DNA from: Candidatus Omnitrophota bacterium
GTDB lineage: Bacteria; Omnitrophota; Gorgyraeia; Zapsychrales; Zapsychraceae
Reading direction: 5' to 3'
Length of the DNA: 64,000 nt
NCBI GenBank assembly: GCA_028280285.1
Contig: JANQMA010000017.1
Span: 64,993-128,992 of the forward strand
Below are positions 43,489-52,415 of the stretch, one piece after another (position 1 is the first letter of the stretch; each line of letters begins with the position of its first letter). The position numbers and the translations under genes were made by a program. The notes under the pieces were generated by a model, which worked only from the letters and a program-made list of their open reading frames with translations, did not search any database and was not told where the DNA came from.

Positions 43489-44775
43489 ATGAGAATTATA
43501 TCGATAGCCAATCAAAAAGGCGGTTGTGGTAAAACGACCACGGCTATTAATCTTGCTTCTGCTTTGGGGCAGAACGGCAAGAGGGTTTTATTAATCGACC
43601 TTGATCCTCAGGCACATGCATCACTCGGATTGGACATCGAAAGTCAAGATAGTATTTATAATGTCATTTCGAATTTAACACCGCGTAAATTAAAGCTCGA
43701 AAATATCATCCGTCGGGTGGAAGACACGTTTGACATTGTTCCGTCCAATATCCTCGTCGGTACACTTGAGCAGGAGCTAGCCGATGAAATTGGACGTGAA
43801 CTCAAACTTAAGGAAGTCATCGAGCCGGTTTGCGAGCGTTATGATTATGTTTTGATCGATTGCGCGCCAAGTCTTGGTATTTTAACGGTGAATGCGTTAC
43901 GTTTAAGTGATGAATTGATTGTTCCGGTTGAAACATCACGTTTTTCGATGCAAGGGGTTGTTCATTTAACCGATATCGTGAATTTGGTTAAGGAACGTCT
44001 AGGCCACGAACTGAGAACACGCATTTTGGTTACGATGTTTGACTCGCGCCTGCGTCATTCTTTTACGATGCTTGATACCTTTAAAGACGCATTTGGGGAA
44101 AAAATTTATGACACGATTGTCCATGTCAATGTTAAGCTCAAAGAAGCAGCCGTTAATGGGAAATCTGTTTCATCATTCGATAAATATTGCCGGGGCTCTA
44201 AAGATTATTATAGCCTTGCCAAAGAGATTATTTCTCTTGAAGCGAAAAAACAAGATGCGGCGCTTGATCAACTCTCTGCTCAAGAAGTAGAAAAAGTCTT
44301 TCGTTCACCAACGTTTGCTTCAACCTCTCGTGATACAAAAGTAGAGTCAGTCTCTGTTAGAGAAGAAAAGGCGCCTGAGGAAAAAGAAACCTCGACGGTC
44401 AATCCTATCGAAAAAGAAGAAGAGACGATTGAGGCAGAAGAAATTTCTCTTGCCCCTGTCTCTGATAAACTGCAAGAAGTTGTTAGCCGGGAAGTCAAAG
44501 ATTTATTTTCTGTTTCTTTTGCCATTAATGCCCCCGGAGCCAAATCAGTTTATGTGACGGGCAGTTTTAATGACTGGTCGTTGGATGATTCTTGCCGCCT
44601 CAAAGATCGTGATGGGGAAGGCAATTGGGAAACAAAGATTGATCTTCGCCCGGGCACGTATAAATATCAATTCATTATCGACGGTGTATGGCAGGAAGAT
44701 CCTAATAATGCGCAAAAAGAACGCAATTCTTTTGGCGATATTAACTCATTGATTGAAGTCGGAGCTTCTTCTTAA
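43489..44775 (+). CDS. ParA/MinD-family ATPase fused to a C-terminal AMPK-beta/CBM48-like glycogen-binding domain
   Basis: Deviant Walker A KGGCGKTT, ParA core (LLIDLDPQA); acidic/Ser-rich linker; C-terminal FSVSFAINAPGAKSVYVTGSFNDWS..GEGNWETKIDLRPGTYKYQFIIDGVW matches CBM48/AMPK1_CBM fold signature. Confidence 0.7.
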   Translation: MRIISIANQKGGCGKTTTAINLASALGQNGKRVLLIDLDPQAHASLGLDIESQDSIYNVISNLTPRKLKLENIIRRVEDTFDIVPSNILVGTLEQELADEIGRELKLKEVIEPVCERYDYVLIDCAPSLGILTVNALRLSDELIVPVETSRFSMQGVVHLTDIVNLVKERLGHELRTRILVTMFDSRLRHSFTMLDTFKDAFGEKIYDTIVHVNVKLKEAAVNGKSVSSFDKYCRGSKDYYSLAKEIISLEAKKQDAALDQLSAQEVEKVFRSPTFASTSRDTKVESVSVREEKAPEEKETSTVNPIEKEEETIEAEEISLAPVSDKLQEVVSREVKDLFSVSFAINAPGAKSVYVTGSFNDWSLDDSCRLKDRDGEGNWETKIDLRPGTYKYQFIIDGVWQEDPNNAQKERNSFGDINSLIEVGASS

Positions 44776-44799
44776 AGTAAGCTCTCGGAGTGCTCTTTT

Positions 44800-45126
44800 A
44801 TGGTAACTAAAAAAAGTAAAAGCAGTACTCCTGATCCGCAAAGTAAAATCTTCGCACTCATCGGTTACCTTTCGATTTTATGCATTATTCCCCTTGTGAC
44901 TAAACATGATGATGAGTTTGTCCTCTATCATAGCAAGCAAGGACTTGTTTTGTTCTTACTGCAAGTAGCTGCGTTTGTGCTGCATATTATGGTTGGCTAT
45001 TGGCTTTTAAGACTGGTCTTGTTTGTCTCGGGTGTGAGCGCCTTTATTGGAATGATTTTTGTCTTGAAAGGTGAGAGGGTCACTATACCGCTTATCTCCC
45101 GGTTGGCCCAAAAATTGGAAATATAG
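44800..45126 (+). CDS. Small membrane protein (3 TM)
   Basis: Hydrophobic segments; 2 nt from next gene. Confidence 0.4.
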   Translation: MVTKKSKSSTPDPQSKIFALIGYLSILCIIPLVTKHDDEFVLYHSKQGLVLFLLQVAAFVLHIMVGYWLLRLVLFVSGVSAFIGMIFVLKGERVTIPLISRLAQKLEI

Positions 45127-45128
45127 CC

Positions 45129-45608
45129 ATGCCTATCGTTGATGTCCTCCTGGATTCACTCATCAAAAGCCTTCAGAAAATAAAAAAGTCTCATCAACAA
45201 AACAGAAAAAAAAGACAACAAGCTAAAGCCAAGGCGGCAAAAAAGAAGACCGCTCGGAAAAAAACGGCAAAAAAGAAGGCTGCCAAAAAGGTAACTAAAA
45301 AGACAGCGAAAAAGGTAGTTAAAAAATCAAAGCCAAAAGTAAAACCGAAAAAGACGAATGAAAAGCTAATTGGCGAAATTACCCATTATTTTTCCAAAAT
45401 CAAGGTAATTGTCATAAAGATAAGTGCTGCAACACTTAAGGTAGGGGATAAAATCCATATCAAAGGGGCAACGAGCGATTTTACGCAAACTATCAAATCA
45501 ATGCAGATTGAAAGTAAGGATGTCAAAAGCGCGCGTAAGGGGCAGGTTATCGGCCTCAAGGTCACTAAGCAGGCACGGGTGGGAGATAACGTTTTCCTAA
45601 AAAACTAG
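45129..45608 (+). CDS. Lysine/alanine-rich (histone H1-like) protein with C-terminal small beta-barrel domain
   Basis: AKAKAAKKKTARKKTAKKKAAKK repeats; C-terminal VGDKIHIKG..GQVIGLKV..GDNVFL resembles EF-Tu domain-2-like barrels. Confidence 0.4.
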   Translation: MPIVDVLLDSLIKSLQKIKKSHQQNRKKRQQAKAKAAKKKTARKKTAKKKAAKKVTKKTAKKVVKKSKPKVKPKKTNEKLIGEITHYFSKIKVIVIKISAATLKVGDKIHIKGATSDFTQTIKSMQIESKDVKSARKGQVIGLKVTKQARVGDNVFLKN

Positions 45609-45692
45609 TTCTTTTTTAGTCCTTGCATTGGCACAACCGCTACTATATGTTATATTTATCATATAACTTCTATTTCTACTAATAGGCCCGAT

Positions 45693-48600
45693 ATGTCACT
45701 CAAAACTCTCCAAAATCTTATTTTTCAGCAGTTAAGTGATGCCTCTAGGAAGCTTTCCAATAAATCAGGCCAGAATATTGTCGAATATGTTTTGATTCTC
45801 GCAACCGTAGTAACAACGGCTGTTGTGACGTTGGGGCCGGAAGGTATTGTGACTAAAGAAGTTGAGCGGGTTCCAGGCCTAACGATTGACAAGGCCCAGT
45901 GTGTGGCGCGTCAAACATGTTTTAGAGAGGATAACTGTGTCCTGGAGGCTGTCTGCGGCAACAGATGTTGTGAACCTAGTGAAAGTAAGACCAGCTGCCC
46001 TGAAGATTGTGAGGTAGAGAATGAAGAAAGTCATTACTGCGGCGATGGTATTAAGGATCCTGGAGAGACGTGCGGTAATTGCCCGCAAGATATTCCCGAG
46101 TGTTCTTGCGGAGATAATCAATGTGATAAGAATCTTGGAGAAGAGGAAACATGTCCACAGGATTGTACAGTCCCTGAATCATGCGGCGATAATATTTGTG
46201 ATGAAGGGGAGGATTGCAATAATTGTGAGGGAGATTGCGGTTCGTGTGCGTTCTCATGTGATATTGGTTCGCGTTTTTGTAACGGCGGTTGTATTGTGGA
46301 TGGTTCAGCCGGTGAAGGGGAAGAATGTTGCGAATCCGGTAATTGCGCGTCGGGGATTTGTGTAGATAACGTATGCCAAGAAATCTTCAGCTGTACCGGG
46401 GATATTCCGGGCAATACTACCCTATGCCCAGGTGCCGGCAACCCAACAGAAGATACTGCGATTACAATGGTTGAGAGCTGTGGATTGGCCCAGTGTGAGT
46501 ATAGATGTAATCCTGGTGATAGTGATATCTGTTCAGTGTCGGGCATTCCAGAATGCATTGCTGATGGTTCGGTGCCGGATACCGAAGAGTGTTGTGAGTC
46601 ACGTAACTGTTCAGCTGCCTCCGCCTGTGTTGAAGGGCTTTGCCAACCACTACCCGGAGAATGTGTAGGGACACCTTTGGATGGGTGGGATTTATGCTCA
46701 GGGGACGATAGTCCAGAGACTGTGACTTCTATTACTTTGGTGGCTGCCTGCGGTACGCCTGATTGTGAATATACTTGTGATACCGAAAGCTATAGATTTT
46801 GTGATGCAGAGTGTGTGCCTAATCGGTCGCTGCCGCAAGATGCGGTTTGTTGTGAAAATATTAATTGTGTGTCAAATAGTTGTATAGACGGAATCTGTCA
46901 GCCTCTAGCGGGTTCTTGTGGTAATGGCATTATTGAAGAAGGTGAGGTTTGCGACGGAATAGAGGGACTGGAGACTCCTGGCGTTTCTTATTTTGATGGA
47001 GGTAATTGGTATGTTGAAGTATTAGGAGATTGCCAAAATTCTTGTACACAAAGATTTAGATCTACAACGTGTACCGGTGCACCGGATAACGCATTGTGGT
47101 GGGATAATTCAGCTTTCCTTGAGTTTTGTGATAATGGAGTAGGGTCTGGATGTAACAATTGGACAGTGACGGAAAATTCTGCCGGAGAACCTTTGATTAA
47201 CGAAAGTACGCCGGTTTTTTCTGAAACAGATATTGGGAATCGTACATGTGATTATTTTTGTGCGGATGGCACACATTATTGTTTGAATGGATGTATTCCC
47301 AAGAACGATTTAGGAGATGGTTCTGCGTGTTGTGATGATATTAATTGTCAATCGGGTAATTGTCAAAAACAAGAAGGTGAAGATGCAGGGGTTTGTGCAG
47401 TGTCGCTTCCGGCCTGTACCGGTGCTGAGCCGGACAATGCAGAGATTTGTGCAGGCGACGACAGCCCTGCCGTAGATACACTCATTAGTTTAGTTGAGTC
47501 TTGTGGAGTTGATGACTGTGAATATATATGTAATGATGAGTCTGATTTTTGTTCGGGAGAATGTGTTGTCAAAGGTTCACGGTTAGAAAACGCACAGTGC
47601 TGTTCCGACGAGAATTGTGCATCCAATGATTGTGATATTGCAAGCGGCACTTGCCGCCCTGATACACGCTGTACAATTTGTGGGACTGTTTATAATCAAG
47701 GTGAAGAGATTTATAAAATAGAAACATGTATAGCCGGGCCTCCGGATTCTCCGGTTGAGTTGACCTTTTCTTGTGGAGATCCAATACCTGATATTGCCGG
47801 ACTCGGCGCATCACGCAGTGAACTTTGTGCGGGCATAACACCCGCAAGTCCTGAACCGGATACGATTAATTATCTTTGGGAAGGCAATGTTATTACCACG
47901 ACTCCTAGTACAGATATTAACAGTGTGTGTCCTAATGAAATTGCGACTTGTGGCAATGACACTTTGGACTCGGGTGAGGAGTGCGATGATGGTAATACGC
48001 GCGGAGGTGATGGGTGCAGTACAAGTTGCTCGTGGGAGACGAAAAATTTTATATGTTTGCCAACCCCGGAAGGAAACCAATATGTTTTTAATCAAGCCGA
48101 AAGTTATACGCAAACATGTGTTGCATCTAATGGGAATGACTGTACCCAGTGGGATTATCCGGGCGATGTGGTAACGGAGTATAATCCTGTCCCTTCAGTA
48201 ACAGCTTGCCGTTTCACTTGTACAGAAGGACTTGTTTGGACAGGAAACGGCTGTGGGGAACAATGCGAAGATATTAGTGATGGAGCAGCTTGCGGATCTG
48301 CACCACATTGCAGTTGGGATGCCGGTGCCGGAATATGTGTTGATGCGGGGTTACCGATTTGCGCGAACGGAGTAGTTGAAACAGGAGAGGAATGTGATGA
48401 TGGGAATAAGGACAACAAAGATGGATGTAGTAAAAATTGTGATTGGGAAACAAAGAATTTTGCATGCAGCGCGAAGCCTGGTGGTAATGAAACACAAATG
48501 AATACGGTTTTTGCCTATATGCAGACATGTGTTGCTTCTAATGGAGTCACATGTACTGACTGGATTCCGCCGGATGACCCGACGACCGAATATGATGAGA

Positions 48601-49970
48601 CACCATCTTCTACTTCATGTCAGTTTAATTGTAGTGCATCGTATGTCTGGGATAGTACGGCATGTGTCTTAGGCGAAGTTTTATGCGGGAATGGTAGTGT
48701 TGACAGTGGGGAAGAGTGCGATGACGGCAATACACAAGATGGAGATGGTTGTAGTAAAACGTGCGGATGGGAGACGCGGATACATATATGCCCTGATGCT
48801 TTAGCTGATGAAACGACTATGGTTTTTAATACGGTTCTGGCCTATGTACAGACATGTACTGCATCCAATGGAGTCGCGTGCACAAGCTGGAATCCACCGG
48901 ATGACCCGACGACCGAATATAACACTACGCCGGCGACAGATTCCTGCCGTTTCCGCTGTGCCGATAACTACATATGGAATAACGCGGATTGTATTCCTGA
49001 GGCAGTTTGTGGGGACAATCTCATCGAAGGTGCTGAAGAGTGTGATGACGGTAATCAAAATAGTGGAGATGGGTGTTCGGTGAATTGTAATTGGGAGACA
49101 AAAAACTTCCTCTGTAATCCAGCGCCGGATGAGGCAGGTACGCAGGCTAATACGGTGTATGCGTATAACCAAATTTGTATGGCATCCGACGGGACGGCAT
49201 GTACCAGCTGGAATCCACCGGATGATCCGACAACCGAATACAATGAAACGCCTTCAACGACATCGTGTCAATATATATGCGCAGATGGTTACAATCGGGA
49301 AGGTTCACAGTGTGTTCCGGTCGATTGCGGTAATGGACGAATAGATCCTGCTGGGTGTACGGATTCGTGTTTATTTAGATCGGGGCATGATTCAAATTGT
49401 AATGCTATCAGGGATGAGGCGGTATGTAACGGAGCGGCCAACTGTCAATGGAACGCGATTGATGTTAATGCGGGGAGTTATTGTGCAGGATTTAGCAATC
49501 CTCTTGACTGTTTAAATGAGCCGTATGAAAAATGTACATGGTCTTTGCTTTTGGAGGCTTCAGAATGTATCCCGCGCGTCGAAGCCCAAGAAACATTTGA
49601 TGCAAGTAGTTGTGGTTACCAGGTGCAATGTGACCGGCTGCAAGGAGAAGTGAGTTGTTCTTTGGCCAGTGCGCATTGTATTTGGGATGATTGTATCGAA
49701 GAGTGTGATGGAGGCGTTAATTGTACCAGTTGCAAGTGTAATGCGGGGACATATCCAACTTCTCCACCGTCGAGCTCATGCGCCAATTCCTGTTTGACAG
49801 TGCGCAATGAATTTGGAGATTGTTGTCCTTCCGGACGGCCGCTTGTGACAGATTGTTCAGGACACAGTGTATGCATACCATGTGTCCAGCCGGGTGAAAC
49901 ATGGACTGGGAATTGCAGTAATCATGGGCCTTTAAGCGGCATTGAAGGCTGTGAAGTGAAACTTAATTAA
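45693..49970 (+). CDS. 1425-aa cysteine-rich surface protein with Flp/Tad-type prepilin-like N-terminus and tandem Myxococcus-type cysteine-rich repeats (TIGR02232/DUF4215-like)
   Basis: N-terminus ...NKSG/QNIVEYVLILATVVTTAVVTL fits G/xxxxEY class III signal; four tandem units CGNGxxExGEECDDGNxxxGDGCSxxCxWETKNFxC; Cys content ~12%. Confidence 0.75.
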   Translation: MSLKTLQNLIFQQLSDASRKLSNKSGQNIVEYVLILATVVTTAVVTLGPEGIVTKEVERVPGLTIDKAQCVARQTCFREDNCVLEAVCGNRCCEPSESKTSCPEDCEVENEESHYCGDGIKDPGETCGNCPQDIPECSCGDNQCDKNLGEEETCPQDCTVPESCGDNICDEGEDCNNCEGDCGSCAFSCDIGSRFCNGGCIVDGSAGEGEECCESGNCASGICVDNVCQEIFSCTGDIPGNTTLCPGAGNPTEDTAITMVESCGLAQCEYRCNPGDSDICSVSGIPECIADGSVPDTEECCESRNCSAASACVEGLCQPLPGECVGTPLDGWDLCSGDDSPETVTSITLVAACGTPDCEYTCDTESYRFCDAECVPNRSLPQDAVCCENINCVSNSCIDGICQPLAGSCGNGIIEEGEVCDGIEGLETPGVSYFDGGNWYVEVLGDCQNSCTQRFRSTTCTGAPDNALWWDNSAFLEFCDNGVGSGCNNWTVTENSAGEPLINESTPVFSETDIGNRTCDYFCADGTHYCLNGCIPKNDLGDGSACCDDINCQSGNCQKQEGEDAGVCAVSLPACTGAEPDNAEICAGDDSPAVDTLISLVESCGVDDCEYICNDESDFCSGECVVKGSRLENAQCCSDENCASNDCDIASGTCRPDTRCTICGTVYNQGEEIYKIETCIAGPPDSPVELTFSCGDPIPDIAGLGASRSELCAGITPASPEPDTINYLWEGNVITTTPSTDINSVCPNEIATCGNDTLDSGEECDDGNTRGGDGCSTSCSWETKNFICLPTPEGNQYVFNQAESYTQTCVASNGNDCTQWDYPGDVVTEYNPVPSVTACRFTCTEGLVWTGNGCGEQCEDISDGAACGSAPHCSWDAGAGICVDAGLPICANGVVETGEECDDGNKDNKDGCSKNCDWETKNFACSAKPGGNETQMNTVFAYMQTCVASNGVTCTDWIPPDDPTTEYDETPSSTSCQFNCSASYVWDSTACVLGEVLCGNGSVDSGEECDDGNTQDGDGCSKTCGWETRIHICPDALADETTMVFNTVLAYVQTCTASNGVACTSWNPPDDPTTEYNTTPATDSCRFRCADNYIWNNADCIPEAVCGDNLIEGAEECDDGNQNSGDGCSVNCNWETKNFLCNPAPDEAGTQANTVYAYNQICMASDGTACTSWNPPDDPTTEYNETPSTTSCQYICADGYNREGSQCVPVDCGNGRIDPAGCTDSCLFRSGHDSNCNAIRDEAVCNGAANCQWNAIDVNAGSYCAGFSNPLDCLNEPYEKCTWSLLLEASECIPRVEAQETFDASSCGYQVQCDRLQGEVSCSLASAHCIWDDCIEECDGGVNCTSCKCNAGTYPTSPPSSSCANSCLTVRNEFGDCCPSGRPLVTDCSGHSVCIPCVQPGETWTGNCSNHGPLSGIEGCEVKLN

Positions 49971-49979
49971 ATACATATT

Positions 49980-50405
49980 ATGCCTAAACGCAGCGAAAAT
50001 GACTGTCATCTTATCCGCCGTTATCTTATCTGGTGTTATAAAACCACAAAAGAAGATCTTGACCGCATTGATCGATATTATACGCAACTCGATGTGGATG
50101 CATTTTTGCTGAAAACTCTTCGTCGAGGCAAAGATTATAAACGCAAAAAAGATGAGTATTACAGAGGGTTGGTTGATGATTTCGAAAAATACATGCAGAA
50201 GAAAAAAGATAATGTTGATCAGAAAAAGTTTAAAGATGAAAAGTGTAAAGAGTTATCATCTGAGTATTTATATGTGAAAAACAGATTTGATGCGATTGAG
50301 CGAGCTATTGTTGATTTTCTCGGGGAGGAAGAGCTTGATCATATTTGCACACTTTATGAAGAAGAAATGACTTCCCGCATCCTTGCCGCGCGTGAACATT
50401 CTTAA
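49980..50405 (+). CDS. Hypothetical protein (141 aa, charged)
   Basis: ORF only. Confidence 0.35.
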   Translation: MPKRSENDCHLIRRYLIWCYKTTKEDLDRIDRYYTQLDVDAFLLKTLRRGKDYKRKKDEYYRGLVDDFEKYMQKKKDNVDQKKFKDEKCKELSSEYLYVKNRFDAIERAIVDFLGEEELDHICTLYEEEMTSRILAAREHS

Positions 50406-50429
50406 AAAGAGAGTCATTAGTCATTGGTC

Positions 50430-50702
50430 TCATCTTTGTTGCATATCTCTAATTTTTTGCCGCGTATCACGCATCATCTGTTCCTGCTTTCTGCGCTGAT
50501 CGCGTAAAAGGGCGTCTTGATCACGTTTTAATTGGCGGGCTTTTTGAGATTGCATGTCCATCTCTATGCGTGAATTGGGAGTTTCAATCTCACTACTTTG
50601 GGCGACTGATTTTTTAAAGAGGGTGATGGCGCCAGCATATAATACTAGACCAAAAATCCCGGCGATAAGAAAAAGAATTAGAACATCCCACGTATCATCC
50701 AT
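50430..50702 (-). CDS. Small membrane protein with basic coiled-coil C-terminus
   Basis: N-terminal TM helix, RDQRRKQEQMMRDTRQKIRDMQQR tail. Confidence 0.4.
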   Translation of the reverse strand: MDDTWDVLILFLIAGIFGLVLYAGAITLFKKSVAQSSEIETPNSRIEMDMQSQKARQLKRDQDALLRDQRRKQEQMMRDTRQKIRDMQQR

Positions 50703-50712
50703 GAGTCAATTA

Positions 50713-50773
50713 TAGGGACGGACCCTATTTAATTCAACAGTTTACATGATAAATTAAATAGGGTCCGTCCCTA
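50713..50773. repeat. Perfect 22-bp inverted repeat with 17-nt loop
   Basis: TAGGGACGGACCCTATTTAATT ... AATTAAATAGGGTCCGTCCCTA. Confidence 0.8.
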
Positions 50774-50830
50774 GTTTAAATAATGATTCTCGGTGTTGAG
50801 TTTCTTCTTGGGAATTGGTAGAATAATAAA

Positions 50831-50918
50831 AAGGGTTTAGGGGTAAGGGGTTAAAGGGTAAAAAATAATAAGCTCTAAATAAATTTAACCCTATAACCCT
50901 CTAGCCCTTTATCCCTAC
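50831..50918. repeat. Dyad repeat of GGGTTTAGGGG/GGGTAAAGGG words and complements
   Basis: AAGGGTTTAGGGGTAAGGGGTTAAAGGGTA ... AACCCTATAACCCTCTAGCCCTTTATCCCTAC. Confidence 0.6.
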
Positions 50919-50946
50919 TGTATTCTTATTAAATCAGGAGTATAAA

Positions 50947-51297
50947 ATGTCCGCACAATTTGATTACAAAAAAGAGTGGGAAAAGACAAAAAAGCAATTA
51001 ATTAAATTCGGTCAAGAAGCCACTGTTTTGGCCAAAAAGGGCGAGGAAGAGCTGGTTAAGTTTTCTCAAAAAAGTAAACTGCAGGTCGATGTTACGGCAA
51101 CTCATTTAAAGATAGAGAAGTTATACTATTTAATTGGAAAAGAGTATGTCAAAACAAAAGGAAAGGCGCAGTCGGCTGCGTTAACAAAACATTTAAATGA
51201 GTTGGAAAAACTCCTTAAAGAGGAAACTTCTCTTAAGTCGAAATTAAAAGTAAAATCTAAGGCGAAGAAGAAAAGTGCTAAAAAGAAATCTGCTTAA
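50947..51297 (+). CDS. Hypothetical lysine-rich protein
   Basis: ORF; KLKVKSKAKKKSAKKKSA tail. Confidence 0.35.
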   Translation: MSAQFDYKKEWEKTKKQLIKFGQEATVLAKKGEEELVKFSQKSKLQVDVTATHLKIEKLYYLIGKEYVKTKGKAQSAALTKHLNELEKLLKEETSLKSKLKVKSKAKKKSAKKKSA

Positions 51298-51763
51298 ATT
51301 ATCTATATCCGTCGGTATTGCTCTTTTATTTGCAACATTGGCCCAGGCCGCTCAAAATGCAGGGGTTGCATCCAAATCGTTGCAAATATTTGCCAATGGC
51401 AAGTCTTATGGCTCATTTGCCCAGTACCGCTCCGACCGTTTTAAGCGTCAAATGATTGCCGCTATGCCGGAGGCTGAAAGAGTTGCTTTTGACAAATTTT
51501 TGGTGGCCAATAAGGGCTTTAGCTCGATCGATGCCCATGAGGCCGTGGATTATGATCGTTTTGTGGGGTTTTATGATGAGTTTCGCCTCTGGCGTGCCAA
51601 GCCGGCCTCCCAACCTCAGGAACTAACAAAGTCCTACGATCCACTTGCAGAGATGAAGATAATGCTCGATGATCTACAGGCTCAAAATAGGGAAGCTGAG
51701 TCTATCACGCTTGATCCGGATAGGATGAAAACAGTCATTTTAAATAAACCCCAGCAAAAATAG
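51275..51763 (+). CDS. Secreted hypothetical protein
   Basis: Signal peptide ...ATLAQAAQ. Confidence 0.4.
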   Translation: MLKRNLLKLSISVGIALLFATLAQAAQNAGVASKSLQIFANGKSYGSFAQYRSDRFKRQMIAAMPEAERVAFDKFLVANKGFSSIDAHEAVDYDRFVGFYDEFRLWRAKPASQPQELTKSYDPLAEMKIMLDDLQAQNREAESITLDPDRMKTVILNKPQQK

Positions 51764-51839
51764 ACTGCGCAATTGCTCCGTAATGTTGTAAATTATTTAT
51801 TTACAATAACTTATATTTATCCAACCTGATTCTTATCGC

Positions 51840-51868
51840 TTGACTTCAAATATCCCCCCATGTATAAT
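51840..51868 (+). promoter_or_regulatory. Consensus sigma-70 promoter of rpsO
   Basis: TTGACT - 17 nt - TATAAT. Confidence 0.6.
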
Positions 51869-52060
51869 AGCTCCCAAAATATCCCGACACTCGCATTGTT
51901 TGCTCGGTCGGGATTCCGACCTCCAGTAGGAGTGTCGGAACAGGAAAGACAATTACAGGAAATATCCGTCCTACACGCGTGGGGACTGGCCTTAGCTTTT
52001 ATATAGCAAGGCTGGTTAGAATATTTCATGACACATGCATTAGACTAGGAGGATGAAACA
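51869..52060 (+). promoter_or_regulatory. Structured ~190-nt rpsO leader, probable S15 autoregulatory element
   Basis: Hairpins CCCGACACTC..GAGTGTCGG and GTCGGGATTCCGAC; rpsO leaders are S15-binding autoregulatory RNAs in several phyla. Confidence 0.4.
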
Positions 52061-52330
52061 ATGACTATGTTAAAGTCAAGAAAGACCGAAGTAATCGAAG
52101 ACTTCAAAACGCACAGCAATGATACAGGTTCGCCTGTTGTCCAGGTTGCGTTACTGACGGAAAAAATTAATTATCTTACCGAACATTTTAAAGTTCATAA
52201 GAAAGATTTTCATTCACGTCGCGGTTTACTTAAGATGATTGGTAAAAGACGTCGTCTTTTAGCTTACCTTAAGAGCCATAATCCTGAAAAATATCAGGAA
52301 ACGATTCAAAAGTTAAACTTGCGTAAGTAA
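52061..52330 (+). CDS. rpsO: 30S ribosomal protein S15
   Basis: 89 aa; [49 protein letters not shown] diagnostic. Confidence 0.9.
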   Translation: MTMLKSRKTEVIEDFKTHSNDTGSPVVQVALLTEKINYLTEHFKVHKKDFHSRRGLLKMIGKRRRLLAYLKSHNPEKYQETIQKLNLRK

Positions 52331-52415
52331 TTATGCACTTCGTGTGCGTTTAAGTGGCAATGTATGTCAGAGCGTGCCCGTCGTAAATTATAGAGTGTAA
52401 AAAGTGAGGTATTAA

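Noticed and set aside
46021-49902. Numerous ORFs on both strands overlapping the Cys-rich gene
   Set aside because: GC/Cys-codon-rich repeat DNA opens spurious frames; the + strand 1425-aa frame alone has a coherent repeated-motif structure.
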